Of a stretch of 64,000 nt of DNA, positions 28,814-38,091 are shown in pieces. A program made the position numbers and the translations under genes. Below the pieces are notes generated by a model. That model made no database searches and was not told the origin of the DNA. It was given only the letters and a program-made list of their open reading frames with translations. Source of the stretch: a virus; the IMG/VR virus record IMGVR_UViG_3300008117_000025, positions 118,847 through 182,846 of that record; one strand, 5' to 3'. Numbering within the stretch: the stretch's first letter is position 1; each line of letters begins with the position of its first letter.

Positions 28814-31800
28814 TTATTGATATATCTCGTTGTTTTGTTTGCCAAAATCTCTTAATAATATTCCTGCTTTAGCGTTTGCTTCGTTTTCAATTTCACTACC
28901 TGTTTTTCCACTTTCATAACTAATTCGTCCGTCTAAATTTTGTTTATGATGAACTAATTCATGTGCTAATGTTCTTAATATATCAGCCATGTTTCTATTC
29001 TTCACATAAACCCATATTTTATTATCATTCGGATCAAAATAACCAAAACTGCGTCTGTCTTTTACTTGATTAGTATCGTAGGAGAGGGTTAAGCTACGAG
29101 GAGGATTCTGGATTGCCAAATTTTTGCATGCATATTTTATAAATTCTCCAATAGTACCTGTTTCACTTTCGTCTAAACGTTGTAATTTAGATTTTAAACC
29201 TTCATTCATTAATTTTATTTTAGCTAATTCTTTTCTATATTCGTCTACTAATTGTTTAACTTCTTCCATATATTCTTTTAAAAGGCCTAATTCTTCAGAA
29301 TTTATATTCCAATCATTAAGAACATCTTTTAATGTAATTCCAGGAGGAGCAAGACTCATTAAAATATTATCAGCAAATTTTTTATATTCATCTTTTATAT
29401 CGCTTCCTGCTTTTACAATTCGGTTTTGTGATATATAAGAGGTTGCATATCTGTCCTCTTTTTTTACATATTTAAGTGTAGCTATAATTTTGTAAGATTT
29501 TATTTTACCACTTAAAATATCATCAATTTTATTATCAGCAGTTTTAATATATCTAAAAACATATTGTTTATCCCGAAATCCTTCTTGATAATTTTTACCA
29601 TTCTTATAATCGTAACTATCATTAAGATTACCTAATAAACTATTGTATTTTTTATCTAATTCATATTCTGCTTTTTCTTTAGGATCTACTTCTACATCTT
29701 TAAATATATTTTTTAAACCTTTAAGTCTAGGATACTTATCTTCTATATTCTTAAAGAAAGAATAGAAATCTTCCCCCGGATTATCAGCTGTTGTTACAGT
29801 GTAATGGTCTATCCCATTATCTGAATACATATTATAGTTAGCATCAACGAATTCCCCATTTGGGTCAGGATGGACAAATATTACTAATAGATGTGTTATA
29901 TCTACAAAATTTCCATTTTTATCTTGTTCAGATGATTTTGTATCATCAAATACAAAGTATGGTGTGCCACTTTCTTCATATCTATAATCATAATATAAAT
30001 TATCATCACCACGAGCTGAAATACAAAATGAATAGCCATTGCCATATTTAATACAGGCATTTTTAGTTTTACCTACATATATTCTTAATCCGTTTTGGTT
30101 ATAAACTAGATTAGCATCTTTACTAGGTTCACCATCATTTATTTTACCTGCCTTAATACGCTTTGGTTGATTAGCATCAACTGTAGTTTCTAAATCTTTC
30201 CAGTTATATTTAGTAATATCTTTTTCAGTTACTCTAGGACTATCCTTAATTTGACTAAAGCGATTAATATATGATTGAATAATATTTACTCCTAAATTAG
30301 GTTTTTCTTGTTGAAATTTAGCAGTTAAATCATTAACTAATTTGTTAGAATATTCATTGATAGAAGTTTCATTTATTAATTTTAACTTAAGTATTTCTCT
30401 ATCATATTTGTTTGATATTTCAATATAGGTTGATAAAATTTCTTCATGTTCATCATCGAGGGGTACCAATTTATATTCTAACTTTGGTGTTAGGTTTAAT
30501 TTTTTTACATTATCAATCCAACCACTTATATTTTTTTCAAATTCTTTTTCATTTTTAGCAACTGCATAATTTTTTTGAATAGTCATATATGGATTTAGTT
30601 GTCCGTTTTTTTTATCATAAGCTAATAATCGGTAAAAATATAATTGTAGTTCTCCTTTTAATAATTTAGTTGCTGTAGATTTACCACTCTTAGTATCTTT
30701 ACCACTTATAATACTCAATGCTGGGTATTCATCAAGAAGATTATCTAGTTTTTTTTCTTTTTGTCGTTCAAGATTATATATTTTAACATCAATATCACTA
30801 TCCCCTATAGGTTTATATTGTAATATATTTTTTAATCCATTAAGTTGGGGATATACTTCTGCCATTTCTTCAAAAGTACTAAAAAGCTCTTCACCAGCAT
30901 TGTTTGCTTCTGTAACAGAAAATGCTTCTCCTTCCTCAACCAATATTACCAATAAATGAGTAGGATCTATAAAACCATTTTTACCTTTATCACTAGATCT
31001 ACTATCATCAAATACAAAATATATAGATGCTGGGCCTGACTCTTCATATGATCCTTCTTCTGATCCTACTCTGTATCGAGCATATAAATTTCTTGAACCA
31101 CGAGCTGAAATGCAGAAACTATATCCATTACCATACTTTATACAGGATTTTTTAGATCCACCTTCATATACCCTAATATTATTTTGATTATATAGTAACT
31201 CAGCGTTAGTAACATCTCCATCATTTAATTTACCTGCTTTAATACGTTTTGATTGTAGATTATCTTTTATTGTATCTTCTAAATCACTCCATGAATATTG
31301 AAAAATATCACGTTTATTTGCAGATAAATTATTTTTAATCTGATCAAAACGTTTAATATATTCTTTTACCTGTTCAGTCGATAGTTCAGGATTTTCTTGT
31401 GTGAATTTGTCTGTTAGTTGGCTAATAACCTTTTCAGAATATTCTTTTAATGGTTCAGCAGGTGGTTGTTCAGCAGGAGCCGGTTCTGGTTTGGGTTCTT
31501 CTTTAGATTCTTTACCCATTGCTAATAGGAAATCAGCTACTTCAACACCATCAGGTAAGAATTTTTTAATTTCTTCCTCATTACCATCGCGTATTGCTTT
31601 TCTAAGATCAGTAGCATTTAAACCACCAAAATTACCAGCATCGAATATTTTTGCGTTAGAATATTTACTTAAATTTTTATATCTATCTTCTTCACCTTTA
31701 CCATAAGCAGCATATACTGTTACCTCAGGATTATTTTCTACAAAATCATATACATCTTTAACAGGTGTAACAGCTGATACTCTTATTTCTACTTTATCAC

Positions 31801-32890
31801 CGTCTACTAATTGGTCTTTGTATAATTCCCAAGCAGCAACACTCTCATCAGGTGAAATACCATCATGTATTTTAGGTGAAACTAATACTACTACTTGATC
31901 TGCTTTATTAAGTAATTGTTTTACTACACTAAAGTGACCTTTATGTGGTGGTTTGAATTTGCCTGGAAATAGTGCTATTGTTGTTTCACTTTGTTCAAGT
32001 AGCAATGATGCAATGTATCTACCTAGGTTAGTTTCACTTAGCATTGAATTTACTTTATCTAATGATTTTTGTTTATTATCGCCTTTTGGCGTATTTACTT
32101 CACCACTTTTAATAGATACCATCGAGTTAAAAACGCCTTTAATGCGGTTTTTAGAGCGTGGATTTTGTACCTTAGATGATATATTATTTAACAGTTCCTC
32201 GAAGCTACCGTCTATTTTGTAGTTGGTAAATAGCTTTTTGATATTAGACCAATTGCTAGTTTTCCATACTTCGGTACGATCAGTTTCTTTAAAATTATCT
32301 AACGTTACGATACGTAATGTTAAACCGGCGCTTGATAAGTTAAATTCATATTCTTGATTTGCTTCTAGTACAGGTACATTTTTTATACCCATACGAGCAA
32401 ATATTGATTTAGGATCTTCCTCTAGACATATTACCTTAGCTAATCCTAATAATAGTCCTTGTATTTCAGCAGGATAATCTAAAAATTCTTTCTTGAATTC
32501 AGCTTCATCATCACTAACAGAAACAATATTATCTATTTGAACGTATTGATCTGGTTGGTCTTCTATAGGATATAGTATGGTAATAATTTCACCTGTGTTG
32601 AGGTATTTTTTACCTTTATATTTTTCACTTTTAAAGGGAATAATAACGTCGTCTGGTAGTGCTGATAGGAATTTAGCTAGCTCTACTTTAATATTTTTCT
32701 TGTCTGTTGCTTCTAAATTAACAATTAAGTCAATATCACCAAAATCTTCTTTAGCGCTTGTATTATATGAACCTGAAATTTTAGCACTTTTAAAAGCAGG
32801 AAATTTCTTTAATATCCTGTTGATATAATTATCTGTTGTTTTAGCAACAGAAGCTCTAGTAATCCTATTTCCACCGGCTGATCCTGACAT
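28814..32890 (-). CDS. Polyvalent protein: Pol-beta-like NTase + HxGH nucleotidyltransferase + two repeats + HExxH metallopeptidase
   Basis: SGSYN...FGDIDL...VQID; ALFPGKFKPPHKGH; two YGNGYSFCISARG repeats; TLAHELVH...ENEANAKAG. Confidence 0.8.
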   Translation of the reverse strand: MSGSAGGNRITRASVAKTTDNYINRILKKFPAFKSAKISGSYNTSAKEDFGDIDLIVNLEATDKKNIKVELAKFLSALPDDVIIPFKSEKYKGKKYLNTGEIITILYPIEDQPDQYVQIDNIVSVSDDEAEFKKEFLDYPAEIQGLLLGLAKVICLEEDPKSIFARMGIKNVPVLEANQEYEFNLSSAGLTLRIVTLDNFKETDRTEVWKTSNWSNIKKLFTNYKIDGSFEELLNNISSKVQNPRSKNRIKGVFNSMVSIKSGEVNTPKGDNKQKSLDKVNSMLSETNLGRYIASLLLEQSETTIALFPGKFKPPHKGHFSVVKQLLNKADQVVVLVSPKIHDGISPDESVAAWELYKDQLVDGDKVEIRVSAVTPVKDVYDFVENNPEVTVYAAYGKGEEDRYKNLSKYSNAKIFDAGNFGGLNATDLRKAIRDGNEEEIKKFLPDGVEVADFLLAMGKESKEEPKPEPAPAEQPPAEPLKEYSEKVISQLTDKFTQENPELSTEQVKEYIKRFDQIKNNLSANKRDIFQYSWSDLEDTIKDNLQSKRIKAGKLNDGDVTNAELLYNQNNIRVYEGGSKKSCIKYGNGYSFCISARGSRNLYARYRVGSEEGSYEESGPASIYFVFDDSRSSDKGKNGFIDPTHLLVILVEEGEAFSVTEANNAGEELFSTFEEMAEVYPQLNGLKNILQYKPIGDSDIDVKIYNLERQKEKKLDNLLDEYPALSIISGKDTKSGKSTATKLLKGELQLYFYRLLAYDKKNGQLNPYMTIQKNYAVAKNEKEFEKNISGWIDNVKKLNLTPKLEYKLVPLDDEHEEILSTYIEISNKYDREILKLKLINETSINEYSNKLVNDLTAKFQQEKPNLGVNIIQSYINRFSQIKDSPRVTEKDITKYNWKDLETTVDANQPKRIKAGKINDGEPSKDANLVYNQNGLRIYVGKTKNACIKYGNGYSFCISARGDDNLYYDYRYEESGTPYFVFDDTKSSEQDKNGNFVDITHLLVIFVHPDPNGEFVDANYNMYSDNGIDHYTVTTADNPGEDFYSFFKNIEDKYPRLKGLKNIFKDVEVDPKEKAEYELDKKYNSLLGNLNDSYDYKNGKNYQEGFRDKQYVFRYIKTADNKIDDILSGKIKSYKIIATLKYVKKEDRYATSYISQNRIVKAGSDIKDEYKKFADNILMSLAPPGITLKDVLNDWNINSEELGLLKEYMEEVKQLVDEYRKELAKIKLMNEGLKSKLQRLDESETGTIGEFIKYACKNLAIQNPPRSLTLSYDTNQVKDRRSFGYFDPNDNKIWVYVKNRNMADILRTLAHELVHHKQNLDGRISYESGKTGSEIENEANAKAGILLRDFGKQNNEIYQ

Positions 32891-33861
32891 TATGCTTTTT
32901 CTTTTTGGTAAGGAATTAATTTAGAATTATCAGGTAAGAATTTACCTTTTAATCCTAGTCTATCTTGGTTATCAATCCAATATTTTTGTAAATTATCAGG
33001 TATATCTGCTCTAGTTGAGTCAAGTATTTTAAGATATCTATCCATAATAGAATTATATTCTTCTTTGGATATATTTTTTCTTATATAATCTTCTAATTTG
33101 AAATAATCATCAAGAATATCTTGAGTTAAATTAAAACCGTATAATTTATTTAATAGAGCGATTGCTTCTTTAGGATTAGATGCTTCCTGCTTACCTGTTT
33201 CCTTATCTAAAACACCAGTAGTATGACCAAATGTTTTACCTTTATTAGCAAATAAAGCTAACATTAATTGTGTACGATGTAATCCTTTAACATTGCCCTC
33301 ATATGATTGAGAATAATAACTAAAACGTAACCATTCAGGATTACCTACATTAATATCGGTTTGAACTGCTTTACCTACTTTTTCACCGTCAGGTCCGTAT
33401 TGAGGTATAGCACAAAATATAGAGCCGGCACCTGATGCTTTAAGATCAACTTCAACGTCAGGTAAAGCATCGTTAATTTTATCTCCAATCAATACAATCA
33501 TAGCACGTAATTGGAGTTTTTCAGGAGTAGCGGTTCTAGCTTTTTTAGTAAATTGAGCTAAAAGTTCATTATATTTGTTTTCATCTACACCCCAGCCTTT
33601 AAAGTCAGGTTTTCCACCAGGAAATATATTTTGAATATCATATGATAAATCAATATCACCTGACACGGCTTTTTTACCAGCAGATCCTAATTTTTCAAAT
33701 GCTTTAAACGTTGATGCCTTTGCAGGAAATATTTTAGATAATTGATCTACAAATTTTTCAATTGTAGGTTCAATATTGTCTTTTTCAATTGAATCGGTAG
33801 TACCAAATACATTACCACCTTCTAACAATATTTGTTTAGCTATTTTTAATAATTGGATCAT
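32890..33861 (-). CDS. Tagged Pol-beta-superfamily nucleotidyltransferase
   Basis: MIQLLKIAKQILLEG start; LGSAGKK..SGDIDL...VQTD. Confidence 0.75.
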   Translation of the reverse strand: MIQLLKIAKQILLEGGNVFGTTDSIEKDNIEPTIEKFVDQLSKIFPAKASTFKAFEKLGSAGKKAVSGDIDLSYDIQNIFPGGKPDFKGWGVDENKYNELLAQFTKKARTATPEKLQLRAMIVLIGDKINDALPDVEVDLKASGAGSIFCAIPQYGPDGEKVGKAVQTDINVGNPEWLRFSYYSQSYEGNVKGLHRTQLMLALFANKGKTFGHTTGVLDKETGKQEASNPKEAIALLNKLYGFNLTQDILDDYFKLEDYIRKNISKEEYNSIMDRYLKILDSTRADIPDNLQKYWIDNQDRLGLKGKFLPDNSKLIPYQKEKA

Positions 33862-33873
33862 AATTAAACATAA

Positions 33874-33904
33874 ATAGGCAGCTTGGACAGCCCAAGCTAC
33901 CTAT
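33874..33904 (-). terminator. 13-bp hairpin closing the TonB receptor/lipoprotein pair
   Basis: ATAGGTAGCTTGG/CCAAGCTGCCTAT (one G-U pair) followed by TTATGTTT. Confidence 0.65.
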
Positions 33905-33923
33905 AAATATTTGTTATTTTTGA

Positions 33924-35126
33924 TTATTGACCTTTAGCTGGGAAGCGTGTCCATCCATTTATCCATGATGGTCTAGCCAGAGCTTCCATCTCTAATTTAG
34001 TGTAATTTTTTTCAATATTACCTTCACCTAATGCTTTTGTTTTCATTTGAGATGCAGTAAATAATGTTGAAGTTGATTTAAAGTTTAATAATGGATCATA
34101 TGCTTGAATTTCATTATTTTCAAATTTACTAACACCATCTTTATAAGAGGTTGCTGTTTCATTTGATTCAATTGAAAATGCACCTTTTTGATATCCTAAT
34201 ATTTTAGAATTAGTAATCGTAAATTGTGTAGCACGTCTCCATCTTAAACCTAAGTTGTGATTAGCTAAAGCAGCAGCATCAAATGGACCAATTAATGTCA
34301 TTCCTACTAATTTAGGATGAGTAAATGGTTGAGCGGAAGATCCAACACCATCATTATCACATTCTACACCATTACCTGCATCTCCATTATCTACGAATTG
34401 AGGGTCACGCTTTGATACTCCATTTGTTACAGTTCCTGTATAACCAAAATCAAAATCATAATCATCATCTGCTGTTGCAAATGCATATAGGTTTTTAGGG
34501 GATACAGTACCACCAAAGAATTCAAATGCATCGTCGTTAGCATATACTGTTTGAACGTTTTCAATTATAGTACCTGAACCTACTCCACCTAATGTTAAAG
34601 CGTTAATTTCAGAGTTAGGTAAAGCAGCAACACCAGCATATTCAATACGAACATACTTTAATACACCACTATTGTCAGCATCATTAGTACCACCAAATGC
34701 TCTACCAATGCCGCCTTCAATAGTTGGTTCTGATGAGCGATTAGTTTTAGCGCGACCTAAAATTACAATACCACCCCAATCGCCAGGAGATCTCTCGCCA
34801 GCGTTTTTACCTGAGGTGAATATAATCGGTTTTGTAGATGTTCCTTCAGCAATGATTTGGGCTCCTCTTTCAATACACAAAGCACCTTTTTCAGCAATAT
34901 CGCTTACAATAGTGGTGCCAGGTTGAATAATAATTTTAGCTCCATCAGTTACATACACATATCCTTTTAAAGTCCATACCTTGTCTGATGTTAAGGTAAT
35001 AGTTGTGTTAATATTGCCATTAAGTACAGTGTTTGATGGTACATTGATAGGTCCATCTTCACCACCTAATTCTTTAGTGCAGGAAAATATCCCTACTAAT
35101 GCTAATAATGTTAATAGCTTTTTCAT
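33924..35126 (-). CDS. Bacteroidota-type surface lipoprotein, beta-helix-like, TonB-receptor associated
   Basis: Signal peptide and lipobox GIFSC; motifs GDWGGIVILG, DNSGVLKYVRIEYAG, NDDAFEFFGG and DDDYDFDFGY. Confidence 0.85.
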   Translation of the reverse strand: MKKLLTLLALVGIFSCTKELGGEDGPINVPSNTVLNGNINTTITLTSDKVWTLKGYVYVTDGAKIIIQPGTTIVSDIAEKGALCIERGAQIIAEGTSTKPIIFTSGKNAGERSPGDWGGIVILGRAKTNRSSEPTIEGGIGRAFGGTNDADNSGVLKYVRIEYAGVAALPNSEINALTLGGVGSGTIIENVQTVYANDDAFEFFGGTVSPKNLYAFATADDDYDFDFGYTGTVTNGVSKRDPQFVDNGDAGNGVECDNDGVGSSAQPFTHPKLVGMTLIGPFDAAALANHNLGLRWRRATQFTITNSKILGYQKGAFSIESNETATSYKDGVSKFENNEIQAYDPLLNFKSTSTLFTASQMKTKALGEGNIEKNYTKLEMEALARPSWINGWTRFPAKGQ

Positions 35127-37277
35127 AAATTAAGATTGATTGTTAATGAGATTGATTGTTCGTTGTTTGTTTTGATTAAATTACCTCTTGTTTTTTGGTA
35201 GTAGATAGATGGTTGCGCAAGTACATCACCTATTGCCAATTTGATTTCACCTTTATTTATCTTACGTAAGTAAACTAAGTCGATTATATCTCTAGAATTT
35301 TCAAATATATCAGCATACCCTTGGAATCCAACTGCTGATATTCTGTCTCCTACTCTATTATATGATACGTTTAATGTATTTTTATTTTTATGGAAATTTA
35401 AACCACTGTTAATAACGTATTTTGATTGGCCTTGTAATTGGCGTTTTATACCATTTACTTTAACTTCAGAATTAGTTAAAGCTGTATTTGTGTAAAAATC
35501 TAACCACTCATTTACTTTTTTACGAATTTCAAATTCAACACCATAAATTATAGCTGATTTGGGGTTGGTGAATTTCACCTGATTTAGGATAAAATTCATA
35601 TTTAAGATCTAAATTATAGATATCTGATTTTTCTAGATTAGGATTACCTAATAATTGGGCGTTTCTAACAAAATCATAATAAGCAAAGTTAGCTACTTCT
35701 CTAAATTCAGGACGAGATAATGTTTTGCTAGCTGATATGCGGTATTTGGTTTTATCTAAATTATAAGATAAATTTAATGATGGTAAAACATCTAAATATT
35801 TTCTATTTACATTTACTTTAGTACCGCTAAAATCAGCTGTATTGACATTAAATAGATTATATTCAGTTCTTAAACCAGTATTTAATTTCCATTTCCCAAA
35901 TTCATTATCGTACATTGCATATCCATTTGCTAAATCAAAATCAGCTACATACTTATCTGTATTGTTTGTGATTTCATTTAGCATATCTGCTGCTTCATAT
36001 CTGAATATTCTGGCTTTAAAGTTTCTTGTTCTTTTAAGGTATCCACCACCAACTTTAACTTTATTAAATGATTTATTTAAATTACCATTAAAGCTATTTT
36101 CATCCATTACACTCCAAAAACGGTATGTATCTCTCCAGGCTACAGCATAAGGTTCATTTATACTTAATGATTTTGTAATTGGATTTACTCTATAGTCAGG
36201 TTGATCACGTAACATTAAATTATAACCTAAGTTAAAATCTAATGTTTTAATTTTACCTTCAAATTGAGAATTTACAACAGTTTTAATAATGTGATTAGAA
36301 GCATTACTTCTTACATTTTGAACATTATCATAATTTTCACCATTACGAGTTAAATATGATTGTTCAATTTGATGATTAAATAATGTCTTTAAGCTATATT
36401 TATTTTTACCTGTATAAGTAATATTAGCTAAACCATTTAATAGTGTTGTTTTAGTAAATAGTGTATCTTTATACTTATATGCTAATTCGGTTGATGATTG
36501 ATAATCTTGTCTATCAATATAATTTAAAGAGTAAGTATTTCTAGCTGTGGAGCTAAATAAGAAATTCCAATTATTTTTCTTTAAACCAAAAGACAAAGAT
36601 CCATTTGTATTAGGAATAGATGTAAATTGTTTAGCCTGAGGAGAATTAATTAACTTAGTATATGCTCTTTTATCTCCATTACTGCTTATGCGGTATTTGT
36701 AAGTGGAAGGGAACATTGAAGGGAACTGAATAGATTCCACCAAGTTGAATTTTTGAGATGTAGACACCACTCCATAACTTGACCCCAGGCTTAAAGAAAA
36801 AAAATTGCTAGAAACATCTTTAGTAGCAATTTGAATAACACCACCAGCAAAATCTCCAGGCAAATTAGCAGTAGCCGATTTGGCTACAATTATATTGTCT
36901 ATTAATCCTGAAGGTATAATATCGAATGAGAATGCTCTGCGATCAGGTTCAGTTGATGGTAGGTAGGTTTTATTTAGTAAAGCTAAATTATATCTATCAG
37001 CTAAACCACGTACTAATACGAATTTATCGTTTTGAATTGTAACACCATTTACTCTTTTAAGAGCATCACCTACTGTACGATCTGGTGTTTTTTTAATAAA
37101 TTCAACTGATAGGCCATCAGAAATAACGGAGCTGTTCCTAATTGTGTTAAGAACAGCTACGTTGGTTTCTTTTTTAGTTACGGAACGAACCGTAATATTG
37201 TCTAATTTTTTGTTAAATAGTGTGTCTTGAGAAAATAAAAATACAGGACACAATAACAAGAATAATAAATGTTTCAA
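35123..37277 (-). pseudogene. TonB-dependent receptor split at about 35573/35572 into ORFs 35535-37277 and 35123-35599
   Basis: TTG start and signal peptide; plug motifs GDALKRVNGVT, VRGLADRYN and LPGDFAGGVIQI; barrel motifs LPSLNLSY, SRPEFRE and GNPNLEKS. The barrel resumes in another frame at FTNPKSA. Confidence 0.88.
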
Positions 37278-37305
37278 ACGAGAAATTTTGTTTCACTTAT
37301 AATTA

Positions 37306-38091
37306 TTAGGCATTTAATTTAATACTCGTGGGTAATAACTCCGTCATAGGCTTAAAGTCTGGGTTTTCAAGCTTATAGATTTCATATATGTTTTTAAACA
37401 TGCTGAAATTAGTAGCAATGCCATCTGATGGTTTTAATTGCCATCCTTTACCTTGAATTGCATCTTTTTTACCCTCACCACGAGTAGATGCTTTTAACCA
37501 CAAAATACCTGTGCGTTCAATAAGAGTATCGTGTGTTTCATTCCAAGCAACAGCATACGCTGCTAATTGTAAATCATATGAAGTATGGAGTGAATTTGAT
37601 GTTTTAATATCAAGTAACCAAACTTGATCATTTAATCTAACAATCAAGTCAGCTGTACCTGCATATTCATGAGCGTCTGAAAATAAATGATATTCTGTAG
37701 CAATTAGTTCTGGTTTATGTGTATTCCAAAATTCGGCAAATTTAAGAATCATCTTCCAAACTTCTAAACTATATTCTGCTCTTCCGTTTTCATCTAACCA
37801 ATTAATTTCTTCACCATTCAAGAAACGATCAATAGCAGTGTGTACTTGTGTACCTTCAGATGCTGCTCTAGAAGCAATGATATCAGCATTGTGACCTACA
37901 TCTTTAAGCCACTCATGGAAAAATTTATTTTTAGGAAAATAATTTAATACTGATGTTACTGAAGGATAGTATTTGTCGTTGCGTCTATAGAATCGGGAGT
38001 CTAAAACATTAATTTGCTTGTCTCCTTGGCTGTACTCAACGATGCGCTTAATTTTAGGGTCTTTTATGACGTTAACGTGTCTGTCAATCAT
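37306..38091 (-). CDS. PD-(D/E)xK exonuclease (Cas4/RecB-like)
   Basis: Motifs YPSVTSVL, GTQVH, YAGTADLI, LDIKTS and LQLAAYA. Confidence 0.85.
   Translation of the reverse strand: MIDRHVNVIKDPKIKRIVEYSQGDKQINVLDSRFYRRNDKYYPSVTSVLNYFPKNKFFHEWLKDVGHNADIIASRAASEGTQVHTAIDRFLNGEEINWLDENGRAEYSLEVWKMILKFAEFWNTHKPELIATEYHLFSDAHEYAGTADLIVRLNDQVWLLDIKTSNSLHTSYDLQLAAYAVAWNETHDTLIERTGILWLKASTRGEGKKDAIQGKGWQLKPSDGIATNFSMFKNIYEIYKLENPDFKPMTELLPTSIKLNA

Noticed and set aside
29200-31450. Internal repeats as a diversity-generating retroelement TR/VR pair
   Set aside because: Both copies are in-frame protein domains with general divergence, not adenine-specific, and no reverse transcriptase is present.
35535-35599. 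Programmed ribosomal frameshift joining the TonB receptor halves
   Set aside because: No slippery heptamer or stimulatory structure at the junction, and expected barrel sequence appears to be missing.
37278-37305. Pho box upstream of the TonB receptor
   Set aside because: No 11-bp-spaced direct repeat could be identified in the short intergenic region.
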